This document shows, piece by piece, positions 32,096 to 42,200 of a DNA stretch of 64,000 bases. The notes beneath the pieces were generated by a model. The model had not been told where the DNA came from, did no database searches, and saw only the letters and a list, made by a program, of their open reading frames with translations. Source of the DNA: a bacterium (lineage in GTDB: Bacteria; UBA8248); NCBI GenBank assembly GCA_965207065.1, contig OZ242260.1, positions 2,080,001 to 2,144,000 on the forward strand, in the 5' to 3' direction. Positions within the stretch are counted from its first letter, which is position 1, and each line of letters opens with the position of its first letter. A program made the position numbers and the translations under genes.

Positions 32096-33208
32096 ATGAG
32101 CGAAGACCTGCTTGTCAGCATTATCCGTGAATCCTCAAGCGTGTTGTCAGACGCCTGGGCCGCTCGCGACGCGGGCGCGGCCGAGGGAGTGCGCATTCGC
32201 TACCTGGGCCGCAAGGGTGGTGAGCTCAATGAGGTGATGCGGGGCCTCAAGGATTTGTCCTCCGATGAGAAGCGCATCGTGGGTCCGCTGGCCAACTCGG
32301 TTCGCGCCTACATCGAGGCGAGCGTTTCGGCCATAAAAGAAGATGACAAGGACAAGATAATCGAAGCGCACCGTACCCTCGGCGAGGGCCTGAGAGGCAG
32401 GGAAGAGGGTGGCGCATTGGGCGAGATGATCGAGCAAAGGACGAGCGAGTTTCTCGCCGCAGGGGAAGCCGCCGGCACTTCACGCTCGCGGCTCGACCTC
32501 ACGATTCCCGGGCGCGCGCCGCTCATCGGTCACGAGCACCCACTCGTGCAGACAATGGAGGATTTGATCGAGGTGCTCACGCGCCTGGGCTATTCCGTGG
32601 CCGAAGGCCCCGAGGCGGAACTCGATTACTACAACTTTGAAGCCCTGAACATCCCCAAGGACCACCCCGCGCGCGACATGCAGGATACGTTTTATCTCGC
32701 CGGCGACGCTCTTTTGCGCACGCACACCTCGCCTGTGCAGATCCGGGTGATGGAGAACCAGCCGCCGCCTGTGAAGGTCATCGCCCCCGGCAAGGTATTC
32801 CGCTGTGACGCGGACGTAACCCATTCTCCCATGTTCCATCAGATCGAAGGCCTCTATGTGGATGAGGGCGTGACGTTCGCCGACTTGAAAGGAACGCTCG
32901 AAGCCTTCGTACGCGAAATCTTTGGGCCTGAGTACCGCGTGCGGCTGAGGCCCAGTTTCTTCCCGTTCACCGAGCCGAGCGTCGAGGTGGACATCGCCAG
33001 TGAGTATGTGGCTGGCGGGGAGTGGATGGAGGTTTTGGGCGCAGGCATGGTGGACCCGGCGGTCTTCGAGGCGGTGGGGTATGACCCCGAACGATGGACC
33101 GGATTCGCCTGGGGGCTGGGCGTGGAGCGCATCACCATGCTGCGCTACGGCATCAGCGATATCCGACTTTTCTTTGAAAACGATTTGAGAATGCTGCGGC
33201 AATTCTGA
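32096..33208 (+). CDS. pheS: Phenylalanine--tRNA ligase alpha subunit
   Basis: HPARDMQDTF, LRTHTSPVQ, FFPFTEPS. Confidence 0.98.
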   Translation: MSEDLLVSIIRESSSVLSDAWAARDAGAAEGVRIRYLGRKGGELNEVMRGLKDLSSDEKRIVGPLANSVRAYIEASVSAIKEDDKDKIIEAHRTLGEGLRGREEGGALGEMIEQRTSEFLAAGEAAGTSRSRLDLTIPGRAPLIGHEHPLVQTMEDLIEVLTRLGYSVAEGPEAELDYYNFEALNIPKDHPARDMQDTFYLAGDALLRTHTSPVQIRVMENQPPPVKVIAPGKVFRCDADVTHSPMFHQIEGLYVDEGVTFADLKGTLEAFVREIFGPEYRVRLRPSFFPFTEPSVEVDIASEYVAGGEWMEVLGAGMVDPAVFEAVGYDPERWTGFAWGLGVERITMLRYGISDIRLFFENDLRMLRQF

Positions 33209-33241
33209 TTATCCTGATTGAACGCGCGATGAGGAACCCCG

Positions 33242-35653
33242 ATGCGGATTAGCCTGGAATGGCTCGCTGATTATATCGACCTGGACCTGGAGGACGCCAA
33301 TCTGCCCGAACGCCTCGCGAACGGGCTTCTGCTCGCGGGTCTGGAAGTCGAGGCGCTCGAGCGGCCCGAGGCGTCGTTCGACGGGCTGGTGGTGGCCGAA
33401 GTCTTGTCCGTGGACCCCCATCCCAACGCGGACAGGCTCAAACTCTGCCGCGTGGCCGATGGCGCGGGAGAGCGCTCCGTGGTTTGTGGCGCGCCCAACG
33501 TCGAGGAGGGACGGCGTGTCGTTTTGGCAAAACCCGGGGTGCGGATGCCGGGGGGGATAAAGGTCGAAGTCGCACGAATTCGCGGCGAGCAGAGTGAGGG
33601 GATGATCTGCTCGGAGCGCGAACTCGGCCTGGGCACGGATCATAGCGGCATCATGGTGCTGAACGAAGAACAGGAAATCGGCGCAGACGCTGCGGAGCTA
33701 CTGGGGCTGAACGATGTGATTTTCGACATCTCGATTACGCCGAACCGCGCGGATTGCCTCTCCGTCCTGGGCGTGGCGCGAGAGGCGGCGGCCCTTCTGG
33801 GAACCTCGCTCAGAGCGCCCGGGATAACAGTTAAAGAGGACGAGAGCACACCCGCGGCTTCTGTCTGCGCAGTGGAGATATGGGACCCGGACAAATGCCC
33901 GCGTTACGCCGCCCGCATCATCCAGGGGGTGGAGATCGGCTCCTCTCCCGGCTGGATGGCGCGGCGTTTGAGGGCGGCAGGAATGCGGCCGATCAACAAT
34001 GTGGTAGACGTGACGAACTATGTAATGCTCTCTCTGGGGCAGCCGCTACACGCGTTCGACTTGCACCGCCTGGCCGAGCACAAAATCATCGTGAGAAGGT
34101 GGGCCGGGAGCGACGGCCCGTTCACAACGCTCGACGGCCAGAAGCGAGAAATGGACGATGAGGACCTCATGATCTGCGACGGTGAAAAGCCCGTCGCTAT
34201 TGGCGGGGTGATGGGGGGGCTCTTCTCCGAGGTGAGCGACGACACCCGCGACATCCTTCTCGAGAGCGCCTATTTCGCGCCCCAGACCATCCGTCGCACC
34301 CGCAGGCGTCTGGGCATGTCTACGGAGGCGTCGTATCGCTTCGAGCGCGGGGTGGACCCCTCGGGCACGGTGCGCGCGGCGGATCTGGCCGCCGAACTCA
34401 TCCGCCAGACGGCGGGAGGCGTCATCGCCCGCGGGGTCGTGGACGCGCATCCGGCGCCGGTTGCGCCAAAGCAGGTGCCGATTCGGGTTTCGCGCGCATC
34501 GAGCCTGCTCGGCGTATCCCTGGACGGCCCCCGGGTAAAGGAAAGCCTTGAATCCTTGGGACTCCTTGTGAGTGATAAAGATGACGGCGTTTTCAGCGTC
34601 GAAGTCCCCACCTTCAGGCCCGACATCGAACGCGAGATCGACCTCATCGAAGAAGTGGCCAGAAGGGTGGGCTACGAGAACATTCCCGCCACCCTGCCGG
34701 CATCGGGAAGCCCTGCCGCAAGACCGACGCGCACCCGCACTCTGGAGCTTCAGGCGCGCCGTATCATGGTGGCAGGCGGGTTCAGCGAGGCGCTCAACTA
34801 CAGCTTTATCAGCAGAGAGTCCCTGCAGAGCATGGGGTGGCGCGATGAGCAGATGGTGGCGCTGCGCAATCCGCTGAGCGGCGAGATGGACGTGCTCAGA
34901 ACAACGCTGGTTGCCGGTTTGCTGGCGAACGTGGCGCACAACCTGAGCCGGGGAGTAGGGGAGATTCGCCTGTTCGAGTTGGGACGCTCGTTTCATCCCG
35001 CGAATGGAGAAGCCTTGCCGGATCAGATGTTGCGGGTGGCCGGCGTCGTAGTGGGGAGCGCGGCCTCTCGGGATGGCGTCTCGCTTCCGGAGGCTTTGTC
35101 TGAAGTCAAAGGGGTGCTCGAACGATTCCTGGAATCCCTGGGGCTGGAGAACCTCCTGTTCGAATCGGTCGACGCCGCTCCGGGCTGGGAACCGTCGGCG
35201 GTTTCGAAGGTTCTGGCCGGTGAGGTGGCGCTCGGCCACGTTGGCTTGGTGGCGCCCGAGGCGCTGGTCACCCGGGATATCGAAACGGGTGTAGCCGCTT
35301 TCGAGATAAATCTCGCCGCTTTGGCCGACATCGACCCCGCCCCTCGTCGCCTGACGCCCTTGCCGAGGTACCCGGCTTCGCTGCGCGATCTGGCGGTCGT
35401 AGTGGATGCCGTGCGGACCAATGGGGAGATCGAGGATGTCATCCACCAGGCGGGTGGAGACTGGCTCGAGTCGGTACATCTGTTCGACGTCTACCAGGAT
35501 GCCGCGCTCAAGGACTCCGGGGAGAAGAGCCTGGCGTATTCGCTTGTTTTCCGTCACCCCGAGGCGACGCTCACCGACGAGCAGGTCAGCGCGGCCTTCG
35601 ATGGAATCGTAGGGGCCTTGAGCGCGCGACTGGGTGCGCGACTTCGCTCGTGA
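33242..35653 (+). CDS. pheT: Phenylalanine--tRNA ligase beta subunit
   Basis: HPNADRL, ITPNRADCLS, RFERGVD, FDX-ACB C-terminus. Confidence 0.98.
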   Translation: MRISLEWLADYIDLDLEDANLPERLANGLLLAGLEVEALERPEASFDGLVVAEVLSVDPHPNADRLKLCRVADGAGERSVVCGAPNVEEGRRVVLAKPGVRMPGGIKVEVARIRGEQSEGMICSERELGLGTDHSGIMVLNEEQEIGADAAELLGLNDVIFDISITPNRADCLSVLGVAREAAALLGTSLRAPGITVKEDESTPAASVCAVEIWDPDKCPRYAARIIQGVEIGSSPGWMARRLRAAGMRPINNVVDVTNYVMLSLGQPLHAFDLHRLAEHKIIVRRWAGSDGPFTTLDGQKREMDDEDLMICDGEKPVAIGGVMGGLFSEVSDDTRDILLESAYFAPQTIRRTRRRLGMSTEASYRFERGVDPSGTVRAADLAAELIRQTAGGVIARGVVDAHPAPVAPKQVPIRVSRASSLLGVSLDGPRVKESLESLGLLVSDKDDGVFSVEVPTFRPDIEREIDLIEEVARRVGYENIPATLPASGSPAARPTRTRTLELQARRIMVAGGFSEALNYSFISRESLQSMGWRDEQMVALRNPLSGEMDVLRTTLVAGLLANVAHNLSRGVGEIRLFELGRSFHPANGEALPDQMLRVAGVVVGSAASRDGVSLPEALSEVKGVLERFLESLGLENLLFESVDAAPGWEPSAVSKVLAGEVALGHVGLVAPEALVTRDIETGVAAFEINLAALADIDPAPRRLTPLPRYPASLRDLAVVVDAVRTNGEIEDVIHQAGGDWLESVHLFDVYQDAALKDSGEKSLAYSLVFRHPEATLTDEQVSAAFDGIVGALSARLGARLRS

Positions 35654-35661
35654 TAGTTTCC

Positions 35662-35690
35662 TTGACACCGCATTTTTCCGAACCTAGAAT
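35662..35690 (+). promoter_or_regulatory. Sigma70-type promoter for zapB-zapA
   Basis: TTGACA-17 nt-TAGAAT. Confidence 0.7.
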
Positions 35691-35749
35691 TATTTCCACG
35701 CATCATCGAAACTCATTTCTTGTCTTGCGCCCGTGGAAAGAGTGTCCGA

Positions 35750-36004
35750 ATGGTCATTGATAAATTAAACGCGCTCGAAACAGCGCTCTCGAATCTTTTG
35801 GAGGAACGCGACTCTCTCAGGCGCTCCCGGGCGGAATTGGAGTCGCAACTGCAGAGACTGAGAGAAGAGGCCCGCTCCGATACGGAGTCCGTGCGCGCTC
35901 AGGCCGACGAATTGGCTAAATGCCAGGCGGAAAACGCGCGGCTTCAAAAAGAGCAGGAAGAGGTTCGAGAGCGCGTGGAGAAGATTTTGACGCACATCGA
36001 GTAG
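35750..36004 (+). CDS. zapB: Cell division protein ZapB-like coiled coil
   Basis: All coiled-coil, ends VRERVEKIL; pheT-zapB-zapA synteny. Confidence 0.7.
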   Translation: MVIDKLNALETALSNLLEERDSLRRSRAELESQLQRLREEARSDTESVRAQADELAKCQAENARLQKEQEEVRERVEKILTHIE

Positions 36005-36046
36005 TTTGACGCAGGTATGCAGGATAGCGGCATAAGGAGACAGCTT

Positions 36047-36325
36047 ATGGCCGGGGAGAATAAATTCGTGGTGGAGATATTTGGTCATTCCCTGAACCTG
36101 AGAAGTTCGGCCAATTCGGAATACACGTTGCAACTCGCCGAATATGTTGATTCTCAAATTCACAAGGTCTCACGCCAGTCGAATGATCCGATAAAGGTCG
36201 TTCTGCTGGCATCGATGAACATCGCCAATGAGTTGTTCGAGCAGAGAAAAGCAAATGAACAAAGCGAGGAAGCCCTCTCGCAGCGCGCTGATTCTCTGTT
36301 GGAGATGGTGAGAAAAGCGGGCTGA
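36047..36325 (+). CDS. zapA: Cell division protein ZapA
   Basis: VEIFG..L.L, LAEYVD..I, LLASMNIANEL; AAGGAG RBS. Confidence 0.88.
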   Translation: MAGENKFVVEIFGHSLNLRSSANSEYTLQLAEYVDSQIHKVSRQSNDPIKVVLLASMNIANELFEQRKANEQSEEALSQRADSLLEMVRKAG

Positions 36326-36401
36326 ACAGAAGTTTCTTCCCACGCAATTGCTTTTCCCTGTATTCATCCCCAGGTTTTAGTGTCATAATGCTCTTTTGCT
36401 T

Positions 36402-36581
36402 TGACCCTGCCGTGTTCGTGATGGGGGAAAGCATTTTGACCCAGTACTAATGTACCGGGAGTCCTGCCCCACGGTGGTGAGCTATTCCTCTCGGGGAGTT
36501 CGGCCTAAAGCCATGGACGTGGACGCCCACCTGGCGAAAGCTGGGTTCAAAGCGAACCTCACACGGCACAAGGCGGGGTCA
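36402..36581 (+). ncRNA. ssrS: 6S RNA
   Basis: About 180 nt with complementary ends (TGACCCTGCC..GTG / CAC..GGCGGGGTCA), between zapA and the 5-FCL gene, the conserved 6S position. Confidence 0.85.
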
Positions 36582-36663
36582 TTATAGATATGGACCTCGA
36601 GTCTGAAGAAGGAATTTCCGCTCCTGCTCATGAAGACTCGGATGTGGCGTTGAAAGAGGATTC

Positions 36664-37281
36664 ATGGCCGAATCATACATGGAGAAACGCGACGTTCGGC
36701 TGAAAATGAAGGAGATGAGAGAACAATTTCCCCCTGCCGAGGCCGGCGTGTTGAGCCGCTTGGCGGGACGGCGCCTGGATGCTTTTCTGGTTTTCATGGG
36801 CGCGCGCAGGGTGGGGATATATGCGGCGGTTCGCGGTGAGATGGATTTCTCGTCGCTCTGGAGTGAAGGCAGCGATGCGAAAAGGACATATTGCTTCCCC
36901 CGGGTAGGGAAAGGTGTTTTGCACTTCTGTCCGGTGAGTCATCCCGAAGCGGAGCTTCAGCCGGGCACGCTTCAAATTCCAGAACCTGTTCGCGATATTT
37001 CTCCCCTGGATGTGAACGAACTTGATGTGGTCGTAATCCCCGGCCTTGCGTTCGATCTGTACGGCGGTCGCCTGGGAACTGGCGGCGGATACTACGATCG
37101 CACTTTTCAGGGGCGCCGAGCCGGCCTGGGAGGGTCCGTCCCTCTTCTGGTGGGCGCTTGTTATGCGTTTCAGTTGCTCGTCGGTAAATCCTGGAAGCAC
37201 GAATCTTGGGATGTCGACGTTGACTGGGTGATAACCGATCGGGGGGCGCTGCGTTGCCTCCCACGTGAATATATGCCCTAG
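36664..37281 (+). CDS. 5-formyltetrahydrofolate cyclo-ligase
   Basis: IPEP, VIPGLAFD..G.RLG.GGGYYDR. Confidence 0.93.
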   Translation: MAESYMEKRDVRLKMKEMREQFPPAEAGVLSRLAGRRLDAFLVFMGARRVGIYAAVRGEMDFSSLWSEGSDAKRTYCFPRVGKGVLHFCPVSHPEAELQPGTLQIPEPVRDISPLDVNELDVVVIPGLAFDLYGGRLGTGGGYYDRTFQGRRAGLGGSVPLLVGACYAFQLLVGKSWKHESWDVDVDWVITDRGALRCLPREYMP

Positions 37282-37290
37282 GAGGCGGAT

Positions 37291-38874
37291 ATGGATAACG
37301 TGGTTTTGTTGCAGATAGCCGTTGTTGCAGTTGCTGTCGTGTGTGTGGCGGTGTTGTTCAACATGCGGGCGATGAAGCGTCGGCATGAAGAGACGGTGGC
37401 CCGCATGGAGGCGGACGCCGACAAGCGGGTTCAGCAGATCAACGAAAACGCGGCCAAGGAACTCGCGCAGAAAGTTCAGGAGTCACAGGTCGCGCACAAG
37501 GCGGAGTTGCTGCAGGAAAGGGAGCGCATCGAGAGGGAGAACAAATCCCGCGTGGATGAGCTTCAGAAGCTCGAACAAAGGATAAACCAGCGCGATGAAA
37601 CACTCGACAGGCGCCGCGAGAGCCTCGACGGCAAAGAGGCGGCGGTCGAGCGTCGCGAGGCGGATTTGAGCGTAAAGGAACAGGATCTGAAGCGTGAGGA
37701 GGCGCGCTACAAGCAACTCCAGGAAGAAGAAATCAGAAAACTTGAGGAAATTTCCGGCTTAAGCGTCGAGAACGCGAAGAAAGAGCTCATGGAACGATTT
37801 CTGGAGGAGGCGAAACAGGACATCGCCGTCGAGGTGCAGCGCCTCGAGCGCCGGGCGAGGAATACTGTGGAAGCCGATGCGAAACAGGCGCTCGCCCTGG
37901 CTGTGGAGCGCTTCTCCTCAGAGCACGTGGCGGAAAACCTGGTGAGCGTGGTGGATTTACCGACCGATGAGATGAAAGGCCGCATCATCGGCCGCGAGGG
38001 GCGCAACATACGTGCTCTTGAAATGGCGACCGGCGTGGACGTAATCATCGACGATACGCCCGAGGCCGTCGTCGTCTCGGGTTTCGACAAGGTTCGCCGC
38101 GAGACGGCGCGCCTTGCGCTCGAAGCGCTCGTGCAGGACGGGAGAATCCATCCGGGCCGAATCGAGGACATCGTCAACAAGACGAAAAGAGACATCGACT
38201 CCCAGATACGTCGTGCAGGCGAGGAGGCCATCATGGAGCTCGGGGTCGGCGATGTGCATCCCGAACTCGTGAACATGCTGGGTCGGCTCAAATACCGTAC
38301 GAGTTATAGCCAGAACGCGCTCATGCACTCGAAGGAAGTGGCCTATCTGTCCGGAATGCTGGCGGATGAGTTGCGCATCGACCCCACGATGGCGAAACGC
38401 GCCGGTTTGTTTCATGACATCGGGAAGGCGGCGACGCACGAGGTCGAGGGTTCCCACGTCCAGATAGGCTACGACATCGCCAAGCGCTACAACGAACCGC
38501 CCGAGGTATTGAACGCCATTGTTTCCCACCATGAGGACGAGGAGGCGAATTGCATCGAATCCGTCCTGGTGAAGGCGGCCGATACGCTTTCCGCCGCCCG
38601 TCCGGGGGCGAGGCGCGAGATGGTGGAGAGCTACATCAAGCGCCTGGAGGCGCTCGAGAAGATCGCCGAATCGTTCAAGGGCGTGGAGAAGTGCTTCGCC
38701 ATCCAGGCAGGCCGGGAGATCCGCGTGTCGGTCCAGCCCGATGAGATCACCGATTCGCAGGCGACCTTCCTGGCGCGGGACATCGCCAAGAGAATCGAGA
38801 GCGAACGCACGTATCCGGGCGAGATACTCGTGACCGTCATTCGCGAAACCCGCCACATGGCCACTGCGCGTTGA
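37291..38874 (+). CDS. rny: Ribonuclease Y
   Basis: N-terminal TM, coiled coil, KH (MKGRIIGREGRNIR), HD (HDIGKA). Confidence 0.97.
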   Translation: MDNVVLLQIAVVAVAVVCVAVLFNMRAMKRRHEETVARMEADADKRVQQINENAAKELAQKVQESQVAHKAELLQERERIERENKSRVDELQKLEQRINQRDETLDRRRESLDGKEAAVERREADLSVKEQDLKREEARYKQLQEEEIRKLEEISGLSVENAKKELMERFLEEAKQDIAVEVQRLERRARNTVEADAKQALALAVERFSSEHVAENLVSVVDLPTDEMKGRIIGREGRNIRALEMATGVDVIIDDTPEAVVVSGFDKVRRETARLALEALVQDGRIHPGRIEDIVNKTKRDIDSQIRRAGEEAIMELGVGDVHPELVNMLGRLKYRTSYSQNALMHSKEVAYLSGMLADELRIDPTMAKRAGLFHDIGKAATHEVEGSHVQIGYDIAKRYNEPPEVLNAIVSHHEDEEANCIESVLVKAADTLSAARPGARREMVESYIKRLEALEKIAESFKGVEKCFAIQAGREIRVSVQPDEITDSQATFLARDIAKRIESERTYPGEILVTVIRETRHMATAR

Positions 38875-38881
38875 GGTAGTC

Positions 38882-39667
38882 TTGAGGCTTCTGTTCGTCG
38901 GAGACGTCACGGGAAAGGTGGGCCGCCGCATGGCCTGCGCCCACCTGGGAGAACTCAGGGAAAAACACGAGGTGGACGTGTGCGTCATCAACGGGGAGAA
39001 CGCGGCCGGTGGCTTCGGGATCAACAACGCGCACGTCGATGAATTGCTCGATGCGGGAGCGGACGTCATCACCTCGGGGAACCACATCTGGAACCGCAAG
39101 GAGACGGCCGATTTCATCTTGCGCGAACCCCGCCTGCTCAGACCCGGGAACTACCCTCCCCGAACGCCGGGCAAGGGTGTCTTCGTCCTTGAATCCGCAA
39201 AAGGAAGCTTCGCCGTCTTGAATCTCATGGGCCGTGTTTTCATGCCGCCCATCGAATGCCCATTCAGAGAAGCCGATGATCTCATCAGGCGGGTGAGCCC
39301 GGAGACGAAAATGATCATGCTCGATTTTCACGCGGAGGCCACGAGCGAGAAGGTGGCCATGGGTTGGCATCTCGACGGCCGCGTGAGCGCTGTCTTCGGC
39401 ACGCATACCCACATTCAGACGGCGGATGAGCGGGTGCTGCCCAAGGGCACGGCCTTCATCACGGACGTCGGTATGACGGGGCCGCGCAACTCCATCATCG
39501 GTATGAAAACGGAGATTGTTCTGGACAAGTTCATATCCGGGATTCCGCGCCGCTTCGAAGTGGCCGGAGGGGAAGGACAGCTCAACGGCGCGCTCGTCGA
39601 GATAGACCCGGATACCGGAAAGGCGCTTTCCATCGAGCGCGTCAAGGTCTTGGAGGGAGAGCGCTAG
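38882..39667 (+). CDS. ymdB: YmdB/TIGR00282 metallophosphoesterase
   Basis: GDV.G, NGENAA, SGNH, DFHAEATSEK, GTHTH, TDVGMTG. Confidence 0.93.
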   Translation: MRLLFVGDVTGKVGRRMACAHLGELREKHEVDVCVINGENAAGGFGINNAHVDELLDAGADVITSGNHIWNRKETADFILREPRLLRPGNYPPRTPGKGVFVLESAKGSFAVLNLMGRVFMPPIECPFREADDLIRRVSPETKMIMLDFHAEATSEKVAMGWHLDGRVSAVFGTHTHIQTADERVLPKGTAFITDVGMTGPRNSIIGMKTEIVLDKFISGIPRRFEVAGGEGQLNGALVEIDPDTGKALSIERVKVLEGER

Positions 39668-39704
39668 CGGTTGCGCCCGTTATCCCTTCATCCCGATGAG
39701 GGTT

Positions 39705-40311
39705 TCAGTGTCCGTTTCTGTGAGCGGATTTTTCGTAGTCGGTGATGGCGAATCTGGAAGGATTCTCTTTGTTGAGAAATCCGAGCAATCGCTTCAGGCG
39801 CCATTCGAGAGATCGCGACCCCAAGGAAGGACTGTTTTTCACGAAGCGGCAGCCTGAGAACCTCGGCAACGGCGAAAGAGAGCCGGAACGGGTCTTCCAG
39901 CAACTCCTCGGGCAAATTCCGGGGCGCCGAGCCGCTTTTTTCGAGAGCTTTCCACACCATTCGGCATAATTCCGTGGGGTCGTCACCTTCCTCGTCATGA
40001 AAATCGCTCACCTCCCCCTCGAAATAGGGCCGGGTGTCATAGACGCGAAAAACCTCGAACCGCTGTTCACCTAGGGTGAGGATGTTCATCCTCCCGTCGG
40101 GAAATTTTTCGAGCACCTGTGTGATGCGGGCCGCGCATCCAATCTTGTGGATACCGCCTTCACCCACCAGAACGACGCCGAAGAGGGCATCAACTTCAAT
40201 GCACTCGCCGATCATGATCTTGTAGCGTTCCTCGAAAATATGCAGGGGCAGTCGCTGTCCCGGCAAGAGTACGACTTGTAGCGGGAACAGGGGCAGGCGA
40301 TAGGTAGTCAT
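39705..40311 (-). pseudogene. LON peptidase substrate-binding domain protein with an apparent frameshift near 39819-39822
   Basis: LPLFPL..VLLPG..LPLHIFEERY N-terminus; the family-like C-terminus (..RLKRLL..RNGH) lies in a different frame after a G4 run. Confidence 0.65.
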
Positions 40312-40505
40312 GAGAAAATTGTAGCTTGAATCGCTTGTTTTTGGAATTCGCGAAGAATGAGAGGAGGCGTAACACCCCGCGCAATCGCTCCCTGCAAAGG
40401 TCTTGCAAGCCGCCTCAAGCTGGCCTGATTGCGCGGGAATATGGTAGTTTATTTTCCCTTGAGACCAAGGTGTCATTCGGGTTCTCGCAATTAGGGGGCT
40501 CCACG

Positions 40506-42134
40506 ATGAGTGAGCCGAGCATCGCCATGGCCCAAAGGGCTTGGGGTGAGCGTGCTGAAGAAGAGGGTCGAGCCACACTCTCGGGCATCACGCTACCGGC
40601 GTTTTACGGACCGGAAAAGGTGGATTCGGAAAACCTCGACGAGGAGCCGGGCGCGCATCCCTACACGCGGGGCATCTACGCGAACATGTACCGGGGCAGG
40701 CTCTGGACGATGCGCCAATACGCCGGTTTCGGCAGTGCGCGGGAGAGCAACCACCGCTACCGCTATCTGCTCGATCACGGGCAGATGGGCATTTCCGTGG
40801 CGTTCGATCTGCCCACCCAGATCGGCTACGACCCGGATCATCCCCTGGTATACGGGGAAGTGGGCCGCGTGGGGGTGTCCATCGCCTCCATCGAGGACAT
40901 GGAGGTTCTTTTAGAAGACATCCCTCTGGGCAAGATTTCCACCTCCATGACCATCAACGCCACCGCGCCCATTTTGCTGGCCCTCTACGTCGCGGTGGCG
41001 GAGAAGCGCGGCATTCCCTCCGAGGCGCTCCGGGGAACCGTTCAGAACGACATTTTGAAAGAATACATCTCGCGCGGAACCTACATTTATCCGCCCGAGG
41101 CGAGCCTTCGCCTCATCACCGATACGATATCGTTTTGCAGGGAAAAAGTGCCGAAATGGAACGCTATATCGATCAGCGGCTACCACATCCGCGAGGCGGG
41201 CTCGACCGCGGTTCAGGAAGTCGCCTTTACGCTCGCGAATGCCATTACCTATGTCGAAGCTGCGGTGGAGGCGGGCTTGCACGTAGATGAAATTGGTTCG
41301 CAAATCTCGTTTTTCTTCAACGTTCAAAATCACTTTCTGGAGGAAATCGCAAAGTTCCGCGCCGCGCGCAGGCTTTGGGCGCGGATCATGCGTGAGCGCT
41401 TTGGGGCGCGATCGGAGAAAGCATGCATGCTGCGGTTTCACTCACAGACCGCCGGCAGCGCGCTGACGGCCCAGCAGCCGAAAAACAACGTCGTGCGCGT
41501 CGCTCTTCAGGCGATGGCCGCCGTGCTGGGGGGCACGCAGTCGCTTCACACGAATTCGATGGACGAGGCTCTTTCCCTGCCCACGGAGGATGCAGCGAGG
41601 CTTGCGCTCAGAACCCAGCAGATAATCGCCGAGGAATCGAATGTGCCGAACGTAGCGGACCCGTGCGGGGGGGCGTACGCTATAGAGGCGCTGACGTCCG
41701 ATATTGTCTCCCGGGCGGAAGAGCTGATCCGGCAAATCGACGATACCGGCGGCATGCTCCACGCCATAGAGACAGGGTGGATACAGCACCAGATACAGGA
41801 GAGCGCCTACACCTACCAGCGACTCGTCGATGAGGGAGAAATGGTTGTCGTCGGCGTGAACCGGTTTCAACAGGAAGAAGAATCTCGCATCTCGACGCTC
41901 CAGATTCGCCCGGAGGTCGAGGGAGAGCAAAAAGAGCGCGTCGCCTCGCTGAGGATACGGCGTCACGCCGATCGTACGAGCGAGGCGCTCGACGCCTTGA
42001 GTCACGCGGCCAGGGATGATGACAATCTACTGCCCTACATCCTGAGGGCGGTGAAGGCCGAGGCCACGGTCGGAGAAATCGCGGACACCATGCGCGAGGT
42101 TTTCGGCCTTTATCAACAAGACGTCGCCATCTAA
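40506..42134 (+). CDS. Methylmalonyl-CoA mutase, substrate-binding (large) subunit
   Basis: [43 protein letters not shown]; no B12-binding domain. Confidence 0.92.
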   Translation: MSEPSIAMAQRAWGERAEEEGRATLSGITLPAFYGPEKVDSENLDEEPGAHPYTRGIYANMYRGRLWTMRQYAGFGSARESNHRYRYLLDHGQMGISVAFDLPTQIGYDPDHPLVYGEVGRVGVSIASIEDMEVLLEDIPLGKISTSMTINATAPILLALYVAVAEKRGIPSEALRGTVQNDILKEYISRGTYIYPPEASLRLITDTISFCREKVPKWNAISISGYHIREAGSTAVQEVAFTLANAITYVEAAVEAGLHVDEIGSQISFFFNVQNHFLEEIAKFRAARRLWARIMRERFGARSEKACMLRFHSQTAGSALTAQQPKNNVVRVALQAMAAVLGGTQSLHTNSMDEALSLPTEDAARLALRTQQIIAEESNVPNVADPCGGAYAIEALTSDIVSRAEELIRQIDDTGGMLHAIETGWIQHQIQESAYTYQRLVDEGEMVVVGVNRFQQEEESRISTLQIRPEVEGEQKERVASLRIRRHADRTSEALDALSHAARDDDNLLPYILRAVKAEATVGEIADTMREVFGLYQQDVAI

Positions 42135-42200
42135 AGCGGAACAGGACGTATCTTGCCGCTGTAATTTTGACATCGGTGCGTCATTTGGAGAAATCTACAT

